DNA of 64,000 nt. Source: Convolutriloba macropyga. Its lineage: Eukaryota. The stretch covers positions 34,782,001 through 34,846,000 of the forward strand of contig NC_134478.1 of assembly GCF_964194025.1 (NCBI RefSeq), given 5' to 3'. The notes under the pieces were generated by a model, which saw only the letters and a program-made list of their open reading frames with translations, was not told where the DNA came from and did no database searches. Of this stretch, positions 22,758 through 35,100 are shown piece after piece (within the stretch, counting starts at the first letter, position 1; the number at the start of each line of letters is the position of its first letter). Position numbers and translations under genes: made by a program.

Positions 22758-25461
22758 AACAAGGAGGCTCGGTAATGTGCGTTCGCACATTAAGTTCCGA
22801 CCCAGCTCATCTACATTTTTCACTTAATTGTCTACCAAATGAGGAAGAGATAACAAAAATTAACATATCAACATATCGTTCAACAAACTATTAAAAGAAT
22901 AAAACAATCTACTCTAGAAGGTCTACGAGACCTGTGGCTACCATTATATGACTACCAGAAAAGACGGCAATAAAAATCAAATAGTTACAAACATTAATAA
23001 CGACCAAAACTCCTTGTCCATTTTTTAAAAACCACTAATAACCAAATCAATAGGGCATCAGATAAAATTCATAAGATTAACTGGTACTTTTTGGAACAAA
23101 ATATGAGACTTTTCCTCAATGCGACTTGGCAACAAGTCGACTAGAAATGAGCAAAAGCGGCAAAAGTTTATTAAAACCTTGTTTTTTTTAAAAAAGAGTT
23201 ATTAAATTCGAACTGATTAGAAACATTAGGCATCAAATTAAATCATTGAGAGAGTCTTTTATACCTCAAAAGAGAGCGACTGAGGCCTTTCATTATCCAG
23301 GATATGTCATACGACTACAAAAAGTACGACAAATACGGGCAAAATTTGCACGAAAAATTATGCACGAAAACGATGTCCACCCAATCATTTAAATAATAAG
23401 GTGATCACTAAAAACAATAAAAATCTTCGTTTGCATTTTTTGCAGGTACCAACATTTGACCCCCATTATTGTGATACTGTGCAAAGAAAAGAAAAAACTA
23501 CAAAAAAGGGGCAAATTTGCAAAAGTCACGAAAACTGGTTTTTTGAAAACTGGTTGTTCCAAGAAGAAAGACCATTTGAAGAAAATAAAACCAACCGTTA
23601 TGAAGAGCAAATTGTATTTCAGAAGATAAATGATGTGAATTGAATATAGAGATGCTTAGCTGCAATTTAACAGAAATAAAATTGGCAGATCTCAAAAATC
23701 TCTTTTTTTATTGAAAAAAATATTTTCAAAATTTACAGCCAACAAAAGCTTTTGACTAAAAGAGTAGACAGTTTGTCTTGCAACTATTCGGAAAACTAAT
23801 TGCGACTTTTATTAATGAGACTAAATCATAAGACTATAAAATAACATTAAATACAAACTGAACTAATAAGTTTCAAAAACAACTTTACGCAACCACAGTT
23901 TTGAAGACATTGAATTTATAAGATAATAACCGCGAGAATTTAAAATCTTCATTTGCGTGTCCTTCAATCATCATAACATCTTTTTGTATAACGACTATCA
24001 CAAAATGACAACAAAAAGAACCACAAAAACTGAAAAGTATCTAAACTTCACAAAATTCTTCTGAAGCAAATTGTCTAAGCACTGAAGACATCATTTAAAA
24101 AGTTTAAACAACAGAAAAATTATTGTTTGATTCAAGAAAACATTTAAAAAAATAATAAATAAAGATGCTAATTTACGAAAAGGATACAACATTGTAAAGT
24201 ACGAAAAAAAAACACAAACCAGAACAAAAAGGGATAATTTGAAGAATACTATTACTTTTTTTAGAATTTTAATTCCAACGTCAAAACAACCAATAGTTAT
24301 TTAACGATATCTGTTATTTAAATTCAATTTTCTATCTGTAGATGGCCACTGAGACCTTAAATTACACAATGTTTGGTATACGACAACAAAATTTAACAAC
24401 AAATAAAGGGCAAAAATAAAATCTCTACCAATTTCTGCAAGAGAACGGTGTCGCAGCCCTTCAAAACATATGTTATAAAAACAAAAATTATTTTTCAATT
24501 TCAAATGCTGTAAAGCTTTTTTCAGTTAGATTGGTAAATAATGTGGCAATTAACAAAAGAAACAAAAACAACAGCAAAAATGGGCAATTATGCACAAAAA
24601 TCAGAAAATTTTTGTATAAAAACTCGTAGTACCACAAGCAAGAAAACCTTCTGTTAAAACAATCGGCCACAAAATTAGTTTTTATTCTATAAGGAGGGAG
24701 GGTTGACCCGTACTTTTTGAGAATTCTAAGGGTCCATGATTTTATCGAACCTTTCCCTGATTTTTTCGGGCGCCCAGCAAACCGACCAAGTGTTCCACGT
24801 ATTTGCAATTTAGACCAATTGTTGAGTGGAATTCTCCAAATATTGAAAAAAAATGCATTTTGTATAATCATCAAGTTAAATCTGCAAAAAACGGCAAAGT
24901 TTTAATTCCAGAAGACTTTCATACGGCGCCTAATTTCAACTAGCGCTCTTTTAGAGATTAAGTAGTCCGTGTTAGGGTTTCTAGGTCACTAAGTCTGGCA
25001 AACTTAAACAAAGTGGACCAAAAAGCATATTTTGTGCCATTTTTGATGAAAAAAGTTTGAATTTTGAAAATGTTATCAAAAATTTTAGCCAAAAAAACTT
25101 CAATCAAACAATTCAGTAACGCTCCTTTATCTCTAACGTTAACAACAACACTCTGCCGTTAAAAATTTTAACTTATTTTGAATTATATTAGCGAAATTGT
25201 GCCAAATTTTAGCAAAAATTACTGAAAATGTGAACAAAAACAGTCGAATGTTCACAATACTTTAAACCTCGATAACTCCCTGTAATACACGAAAAACGAA
25301 AAAAATCTTTTTAATTCCGTATTCTACGCTGGACGGGCTTTTTAATGATACCACTCACAATTCTCTACGATGAATATATCGGTCGGCCAAAATTGACTGA
25401 ACAAAAAAACTCAGTTGAGTATATAGTTCCTCCCTCCCCACTAAAGTGGGGGTCGGAACAA
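22758..25461 (-). mobile_element. Non-autonomous Helentron (HINE-like) element, copy B
   Basis: Plus strand reads AACAAGGAGG, perfect hairpin AATGTGCG-TT-CGCACATT, GTTCCGACCC ... CCCCACTAAAGTGGGGGTCGGAACAA; reverse complement of the copy A termini. Confidence 0.8.
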
Positions 25462-26622
25462 TGACAAATTTCTGTTAGTTAAATTAAATTATCCTTGTTG
25501 TGAACTCTACTTGCGTTTTCTGGCTCATATGTTTCCAAAGCCGGTAATTACAATTAAGGTAATCATTGCTATTCTTATTGTTTTTAACAAAGGATAATTA
25601 AGGATACGTGCATTAAGATTGGTTGAGAGACTGACTTAGATTTTAGAATGCAAAATTGTACTATTTGTACTATAATTTGTACCTCGAATATTTTTGTTCA
25701 GGCTGAACAGAACTTACATTTTCAAGTCATGATGAACTGTTTGGAAAGTTTTGAGATGAAATATGGGCAACATCAAGAGCTAGATCTTTTTTTAAACTGC
25801 TTGTATTAAAAGGTATCAAATCATTGACTTAAAAATATGCAAATAAATTTAAGCCAGCGTCATAAAATGAAATAAAATAGGGAAAAACAACGGATTATAA
25901 AGTTCAAGTTGTTTTGCGTTGATTAGACACCGACCTTTGTATAGTTTTCGGTTTGAGAAATTCATTTTCTCAATTCAACTGCCTCAAAAAGATTTAGCAC
26001 ACAAGATGAGATTCCTTATCTGAATTATGAGAAAGTAAGCAAAAATAGCAATTTGATATTAACAGATGAGACCTGATTCACAATCTAAGATGATGATTTT
26101 GATTTAAGGGATGAAGTCAGTGCATGTGGCGGAAATTTTGATCTTCTCAGCTAAGCTTGGTTGGTTCTGAAGTAGGTTTATTTTAACAAAATACAAAAAT
26201 ATATGTCAATTGCGTTGTGAAATTATTTTGGTGATTTAATTATACATTTCGTAGATCAGACAACATTATATTTTGAGTTTTGTTCAGATCGCGAGTTAAT
26301 TTCATTGAACTTTTACAAAACTTTTTTCCCCTGATACTTTGAGGCAGAAATCGCCGACTAATCTCAAGTCTATATCCAATCTTATCAGCTTCCCAACGCT
26401 TGTCCAAACGTCCATGTTATATGACCAGACAGGTTCATTTCGTACAAAAATTTAAAATTTTCTCTTTGTTAAAACTAAATGACAACTATTACCGCGAACA
26501 TCTCACTTTTTCATATACTGATTTTCAGTTTAAATTGATTGAGTAATGATCAATAAAATGCTCAGGGTCTCTTTTTTTAAGTCTCACATACATATCTAAC
26601 AATTTCATGTTTTCGTAAAACT

Positions 26623-29132
26623 AACAAGGAGGTTCGGTAATGTGCGTTCGCACATAAAGTTCCGAGACCACTCATCCACATTTTTGGCATAAATGTCTAC
26701 CAAACGAACAACTAGAAAAGCCCAAAAATTCAAGTATTTTTCAAAAAAATGTGTATGAATAAAGATTGCCTCCAACGCAAATAGCTCAGTGGAATAAAAG
26801 ATGCTGTATCACATTCATGAGATTGGTCATTATAAACAAAGCAAGTCAAGACGAACAAGAAAGTCAAACAACAATAACAAAAAACATTAATTACATCCAA
26901 CAATTTATGTCCACTTTAAAAAAAACTTTCTGACAAGTTCAAAATAGCGTTGGATACGGGTGAAACTAAACAAAATAACTTGTATTTTGCTAGAAAAGAT
27001 ATGGGACCACTCAATGAACAGGTTCGGTAACAATTAGACAAAAAAGAACAAAAAACAATTAATTTCGAAGTTAGGAAAACCATTATATGGAAATTGAAAA
27101 CATCTAAGATGTTTATCATCACACGCCTCTAAAGAGGGCACTAAGACCTGTCAAAAATCAATTTTTTAAGCGGTTACATGAACAACAAAAAGAGACAACA
27201 AAAAGAAATTCAATTAAAACTTGCGAGAAACGCTGTCGAAGCCGTATAGCCATATTTGGCCCCTCAAAATATGTTCAATTGAGCCTTCCTAGAACGCCAA
27301 AAATGTGGTATCGGCCTTCTCAATAAAGAGAATAGATAACAAGTGAAGAGAAAAAGAGAAAAAGGGCAAATTAAATTGGCACTTGTCTTTTTTCGGAAAT
27401 TATTTTCTTCAAAGTCATGAAGGTTAATAGCTGCAAAATGAAACAATTAAGTAGGTTCACCTATTTGTCCAAAGGAAGCGTTTGAGACCTGTCATAAGTC
27501 AGAATAAGTCATACATATACAAAAAAGCGTTAAAAATAGACAAAAATCAAGAGTTAGTTAATTTTTTGTGCGAAAAACCTGTGTCGAATCCTGTAAAATC
27601 ATAACGAATTCTTTAAAAAAGACATTAGGTTTGGTACACTTGCACTTTTTTCCGACAACAATAATGTTATATTTGACCTGTAATTAACGAAACTAGGTAA
27701 CAAATCCACATTTGAAGGCCATCAGCTATCTACTCAAATCTCAACAAAAGCGCAATTACTTTTTGTAAAATGCCAATGAGACCGTCATTATCCAGGCATT
27801 TTCATAGGATCAAAAAGACAAAGTAAAAACGACAATTAAAGACAAATGCAAAAAATTAGTATAATTCTTCGAGAAAAGGGTGTCGAAGCCGTTAAAACCA
27901 TATGATATGCCTTTCAAGACTTTTAAAAGTTCAATTGTGTCTTATCTTAAACGCCAATAATGAAAGATGTGAGAAAAACGAGAAAAAAACGTAAAAAGTT
28001 GGCCAATACCAAAAACTCAAAAAAAAATGTTATATCGAGTAGTATCCAAGCCAGAAAACCATTACTTAACGCATAAAACCACAAAAAAATTACAAGTTAT
28101 TTGAGTGGAAAAAAGAAGCTGAATAACTATTCTTTCTATGCTGAGACTGAGCTAGAAGTTGACCAAATTAAGAAAATAATCTTGGCAAATTTCAATAAGC
28201 AACGGTTCATTTAAAAAGCAAACATTTTAAAAGTCAAAACGACCAAAATCTTTCGAGTAGAGATAATAGATAAAAAAATTTGAAAATGCTTTGAAAGTTT
28301 TTTTTTGGACCTATCAACAGTGAGGTTTGATGTGAATTGTTCTGTTCTTTAATTAACATAAAAAGCTCTTAATTTTTTTTAAAGGACCGGCTGATTACAA
28401 TCCGAATTATTTATCGATTGTAATGGTCCAAGATTGCACCATAATTAAACCCGCTACTGCTGTTTCTCAATATAGAGCACTCAAATGTTTCGAATGCTGT
28501 AGATCTAAATAATTTGTTAGTTAGAATATCAAAAAAATTGCTGCGTTTTTGATTATCATAGAATAAAGTTAGCAAAAAACGGCAAAATTTTGATTCTAGA
28601 CTACCCTCAATGGAAGTGGAATTAAAATTAGCTGCCTTTTTTGTCTACAAGGATTGTGTTTGTGTTTTTGGGGTTTGTACTCTGGGAAAATTTAATCAAA
28701 GTGGACTAAAGAGGCTTACTTCGGGCAATTTTTGATGAAAAAGGCTGAATTTTGAAATATTTAGCCAAAAGTTTAACTAGAAAAATTAAATGAAAATCGT
28801 CAACACTACTTTTTTTGTCTCTTAAAATAAATTTAACAGCACTACTGTTAACTTTTTTTCACAAAATTGACGAATTTTCAGGCGAAATTTCGGAAAATGT
28901 GAATAAAAGCATCGGAAATCTGTCAACTATTCACAAAACTTCAACCATCGATAAATCCCTGTAAAAATGAAATCCAAAAAAATCTTTTTAATTCCATATT
29001 CTACGCTGCAGGGGCTTTTTAATGATACCACTCACAACTCTGTACGATGAATATATCGATCTGTCAAAATTGTCTGAACAAAAAAACTTATTTGAGTATA
29101 TAGCTCCTCCCCCCTCAACAGGGTGGGAACAA
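26623..29132 (-). mobile_element. Non-autonomous Helentron (HINE-like) element, copy C
   Basis: AACAAGGAGGTTCGGTAATGTGCGTTCGCACATAAAGTTCCGA ... GAGTATATAGCTCCTCCCCCCTCAACAGGGTGGGAACAA; internal blocks are reverse complements of copy A (e.g. GCCATCAGCTATCTACT ~27718 vs ~12797). Confidence 0.8.
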
Positions 29133-30330
29133 TAAACTCAATTATGCCTGCCATATTTGTTGTGATGGATATTGCTATTGGAATAAAATGGGAATAAAAT
29201 TTTGGGAGTTTTTTGCAACGGCAGTGTTAAGCTGATTTTTTAAGCATTTTTAAGCGATGGGTGGAGAGGGCACGCTTTCTGTCATGTTATATCAGTACTT
29301 GTATAGTTGTTTCAGTTGCTTCAGTAACTCCGCTGCTGCTCGTCCGGTGCGCGGAATGAAAAAGCTGTAAAATTTTGCTCGAAAGTCTCAAAAAGTCAGT
29401 TATTAACTTGACTTGATAAACTTTTCCCACAGATGTGCAGTATTTAAAGTCGACCGGACAAAACCTTTCTTAGGATATAAAACGCCGGTACTGTATTTTA
29501 TTTGTTTAACAAAGGCAATACCGAGTCTTTTGCTTACTAATAGAAAAATTACCATAGCGGCTGGATTTTTCGTCGTTTTCGGATAAAAGTACTTGCAAAA
29601 CAATTCGCACAATTTCTAATGTTGAAAAACCGAAGATTACGTTTCATTTATCTGAATTTTCTACAGCAGGCAAGATTGAGTCGGGAAAATAGCGTCCTAT
29701 CAACAGATTGAAAATTTCCTCAAAAGATCATGTTTATGATTTTAATTCAAAGGATTGCCAAGATTTGTACAATGACCTCTATGAAGCTAACATTTCAGCG
29801 CTTTTTCAGTTTCCTGTAAAAGTTTCCTGTAAAATTGTGTTTTTAGACGCTCGAACAAGTTTTACACATCATGAAACTTGTAAAAGTTTTGGTACCCAGT
29901 TTATTATATCAATTGTTGCGCTGAAAACAATACGCTTGAATGCTTTAACAGTGGGAAAAACAATAAACTTGCTTTTCAAACATTTGCGCCGCATCTTGAT
30001 ATCGATTTTCTCAACAACAGTACTTTTGCATGCAATTATTTGTCATGTGTCTGTATATTTAACATACCATTCAAAAGTGTGCAAACGACAATTATGTAAC
30101 AGATGTGAAATTATTTGAGGAATTTTTCACTATACTTTTAGTTTAAAACGTGAAAAAATATCCCTCAATAGAAAAAGAGTGCAAAATTTTTAAAAGCAGT
30201 TCAACCAAAAAGCGTTAATACTGCAAACCGATCCTAAGCTTAGTGTTTATAAAGCAAACTTGCGTCTTTTTTCAGATTTTTGTACACAATAGTTTGATAA
30301 CATTAAAAACATCATTACAATAAGTTTATT

Positions 30331-32184
30331 ATGTCTGATATACTAGGAACGAATGAAGTTAGCTTTAATGATATGGATCTAAACGGAACAAAAAACTTTG
30401 GTGAGCTCGATGACGATCCAGAAACAACGGAACTGCAACCTGCTTTATCATTCGATTCCGACTCTGAGCAAGTCAAAGACGCTGTGAACATAATCGAAAA
30501 CGACTCGTTACCGCCCACTGACTCAATGGGAGAGTCCGAGCTTGTATCGCCCAATTTAAGCATGACAACAGTCGAGACATCCAGTGACTTCGGACCCGCA
30601 GCGAGTTTCGACTCTGAAGATACCAGACCCGATTCTCCGGATCTGAATAAAAGTGAAAGCGAGCCAGAGAAAACGGAGGAAAAGTCGTCAACGCCGACTA
30701 CAAAAACGACTAGCTCGTCCCAAGTTGTGACTCAACTTTGGGTGCATCGTAACGCGGACCCGGAATCCGAGAGTGTCAGTGTCGATCGAGATGTGTCGGC
30801 ATCTTCAAATCCAAATGCAGCAAACGAAGACAGCGATGAAGTAACCAGTGACTTTTCAAATCAACTATCGCCTCTACAGGAAAACTCAGAAAGTGCTTCG
30901 TTAATAGACGGAGGCAAAATTGATGAAGATGTTTTGAGGCCCTCGGAGCCGGAACCCTTGCAGGACCTCAGATCTGAACCTCTAAATTTCGACAATATAG
31001 GCTCGTCGGAAGATTTAACAAACATTAATACTGAACTTGAACCCCTTCACGTAGAAGTTGAAGTTGAGATTTCTCCAGTGGCCGCCGAAAGATCCGAAAG
31101 CGTTGCCGACCCAGCATCGGCAAGAGTAGAAGAAAGCGTAAGTGACGCCATACAGTCATCAACGTCCCGACTTGACCTAATTTGGGATACAGATATACCA
31201 TCTGAATCTGATCACGGCCACAGACATGGGCGTGCTTTAGCTGGAACCGCTAAAGAAAGTAGCCAGCATTCTCTGGAAGGACCGGGTCCTTCCGGCTCAA
31301 ATCCTCAAAATGATGGGAATCAAGTTGGGAACCAAGGCAATGCTCAACTTGTTTCTCCGTACACTTCAGAAATTGAGAGTTTGACTATTTTCAACAAAAC
31401 CGAGCTAAACCCGTTACCAAGGCGACCTGTGAACAGTTTCGGTGGAACATTTAAGGATGGTGGGGACGATTCTTTAGTTGAAACAACCTGGGACAGTGAA
31501 AGTGTTGCGTCACAAAAAGATATTCCTAACATTCCAGCTGACCCCGAACCTGAGAAGGTTAAATTCAAAGATGAGGTCACACCAATCAATGAAAATGCCC
31601 CTTTTGAAATGTGTTCTGTCAACCAGGCCAGTGGTCATAAAAACCCTGGTCCAAATTTGGAATCGAAACTTCAAATTTCAATTTCAACGGATGTTATGGA
31701 TTGCACAATTCAAGCTGACAATTTGCCCGTAAAACAAAACAAAGTCTCTCAGCCTGTTAACAGTGGAAATACTGAAAACCATAAAACAAAGCAATCCGAG
31801 CCCATAAATGTGACCCAGACTGGTGTCGACCCACAAACCGAGCCTCGGTTGACCGTTAACAAAAACCCAGTTCAAAGAACACCTGTTGGATCTCCAAACA
31901 CAGAAACTGGTCAAAAAGACGAATTTTCAACCCAGCCTAAACCAAGAAATATTTGGGCAGATGAATTACGAAGTGACATATACAAGAAGGAACCTAGATC
32001 TCAAGTTACAGGTAGACCCAAACGACTGTCCAGTAAGACGAAGGTTGATCAGCCGAATGAAGAACTCAGTTCTGCTACCAAAGAGCACATGTCTAAGTTG
32101 TGTAGTCAACATGACCATCAAGAACTTCATCTGTGCTGTATGCCACCGGCACCTTCGTACAATTTCACACCACGAATTGAACAG
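30331..32184 (+). CDS. Tail-anchored protein coding exon 1 (618 codons)
   Basis: Long ORF; donor CAG|GTTGGT after ...FTPRIEQ. Confidence 0.85.
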
Positions 32185-35100
32185 GTTGGTAAACATTTGA
32201 AGAAAAAACATCAGAAATAACTATTGCAACCTGTTCAGAGCGTTGTCACAGACCAAAAGTATGATATCCTAGACAGGAAATATGTTGTCCAAAAAAGGGT
32301 GATGTCCTAGATCAAAAGTCATTTGTCCAAAACGAAGGAGGCGCAATGTGTTCAAAGTCACATGCTTTCGATGAATGGACAACTTATTTTTGTTCCAGGT
32401 TCCCCCTTGGAATTTCAGATTTCGATCAAAAATCGAAATGATTCAGTGATCGCATTTTTCTACTTTGTTTAAGTTCAACATTGAATGACCATAGTTCTAA
32501 CTGGGTTAAAACATAATCCACGTGTTTATTCTCACCTGTAATTGTTGTCCAATAATGCGAAAAAAGAAACATACAACCAGCGTCTCAAAATTTCCGTATT
32601 CAATTAATGAATAATTGCATTGTAATTTATTATGCATGGTTTCTAGAATTCAAGCCTTTCCTTAATGAATGACCTGCTAATTGAGTAAAATATTCAAGGT
32701 CAAGCGGGAAGTAACACAACGTTCCATATCAGTTGACAGCTCAAACGCCCCTCGTAAGAAGTACCCCATGACTCCCACTAGACGACGGATCCCAAGCAAC
32801 GCCTCCAACACTTCAGACGCCGGAGATTCCAACGTCTTCGACAGTGACACCGGATCCAGATCTTCTAGGCGATTGGGCAACTATCGCGTGTATGGGAAGC
32901 AAACGCCTGTGTTTCGCAGTGGGAGAAGGAATGACAGCTTCTCTAAGGACTATGCAAGTGACACGGAAAGTGTGACTAGCATTGCGAGCAACGCAAGCAG
33001 TCGTATTCCAAGGTAGAACATGAATCAGTGTCTCCTTTCTTGGTTCTTCGGGTTAATAATTTCAGAATTTTCGACTACAGACAACTGTTTCCATTAGAAT
33101 GACTCATTAATTTAACTTCAGAGAAGCTCAATATTATGTTGAAAAATACCCAAAACAGCAGATAATGAGGAAAATTGGAGCATTTATCCTAGAACTTCAA
33201 AAATGAAACCAGCTGACACGAATAAGAATTTTAAAAAAAAAATTGTGGTTTCTGCGCAATCGCAGCGGAACAGCATTAGGCCTACAGTAGCCTGTTTTCA
33301 GCTGCCCTTTTTCTTATTTATTCTCAATTTTTGTGTTCTTCACTGTTTTTAGAAAACATTTTGCAAAATAACTCTTTCGGTCACGCAGGATCATTACGCT
33401 TTGTGTCTTTTCGGTGTCTCAAATCCACCTCGAAGAAATCCTTCATATTTAAAAATCAATTCATTTAAAGATTTTATGTCTAAACGTCTCATCTTTGGAC
33501 TAATCTTAATAAACATGAGCTTGGTTAGAAGTCAGCTAGTTGAACTCTACTGTAGGTACGTGGGCAGATCTTCCCGAACTGTATCTGAGAGCAGTCGACC
33601 AATGGGAAGGAGTGAACGAGACGTGAAGGAGTTCGTGAGACAGGCGAAGAACGCGGGTGACAGACGCTCACCTAGTAAACAAAGGTATGGTGGCCAGGAA
33701 TACACGAGTGATCATGACCCTAGGTCGAGGAAGAAAGAACCAAGGAACAACAAAGATCTGTAAGTCATTTAATATTCGGATAACTTATTATATTTACGTA
33801 AACATTATATTTTTTTCTTTCTCATTAAATGCATCCCTCTCACCCAACTGGAGGGGAGTAAGGGTTTCTTTTTTCACTAAATGAGAGGTGACCATAACCG
33901 ATTGTGTGGTTATGTGAGCGGAAAGACTTGTATAAACCAATTAGATTTATGTTACAAAACTCTGCAAAATACGATAGATACCAGTTGATGAAGAACGGGA
34001 GAAGTCCAAAGGAGTGATATGCTGCCCAATGACTTTGACTGATTAATTGCTTGATTATACCCAAGATTCAATTGTCCATCTAAGATATTCACAATATAAT
34101 TTAGACGAAGTTTTAATCGCTAGAATTTAAATTTAATTTTTTTTAAAAACATTAAATTAATGATACAAAATGCATGAATTGGTCTATATTTACACAAATT
34201 ACTATTCCATATGAATCTGGGGTCTCAGAAACAAACACATACACAGAGAGAAGACAACAATCTTGATTCTATCAAGACCACTAATCAGACTGGTCTAAAC
34301 TTTCACCATGTTCCCGAGTTGAGAATTTTGCTCGAAATAAACATCAGAAATCATCGGCTTTCGTCGAGTTTATGTCGCCAAAACCGAAGAAAACCCTTAT
34401 GTTTTTGTCGGTTTCATAGGTTTTCGTCGATTTACTTCAATTATTGGCGTTTCAAAACTTAAGAACCGTCGGTTTTTGTCGGCTTAAAAAAGTAAGAACT
34501 GTCGGTTATAGTCGGTTTTAAACATACGAAGCGTGGGCTTTTGTCAGTTCTAAATGAAGAAGTGTCGGTTTCTGGCAATTTTACATCAGCAAACAATGAA
34601 TATGGAAATTTGGTTCAATTTTAACAACTGCAGGCCCGATTGAAATCCGCATTTTTTTTACAACGAATGAAAGACCATTCGCGTAGATGCAATTAAAATT
34701 GTATGAATATCTATTTTCTATTTGAAGAAAGCTAGACTAAAAATTCTTGATGATATAGACTTTACGCAAACTGGGGATCTACTATACCAGTTTTCGTTCG
34801 ATTTCAGCAAATCTTTGACTGGGTAAAAAACACTTCTCTTGAAAACGTTTATTCATGACAAAGCTTTTATTAGCACCAAAAATATTGAAAAAAGGCTGAT
34901 TTGATTTGAAAAGCTCTGTTCTAAGATGTAGACCCTTTTTATCTGTTCAGTCCGTCCAAAACTTAAGTTTTGATTTGTTCAGTTTGGCCAACACCCACAT
35001 TTCGGTCCGTACACTATAGCCAATTCCTTTACTTGGAAATTGTCGGTTTGGAAGCCTCCTGTCCGCGACACAGCTCGGTCTGGCTAACAACTATTTCGGG

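Noticed and set aside
26073-26166. Upstream RIPOR exon (minus strand)
   Set aside because: The acceptor is plausible but the donor (GTCTCA) is weak and all three frames contain stops; at best an unproven UTR exon.
30315-32880. Antisense and alternative-frame ORFs over the large exons (also over tropomyosin exons and BEL pol)
   Set aside because: Shadows of real coding sequence, with no independent motifs.
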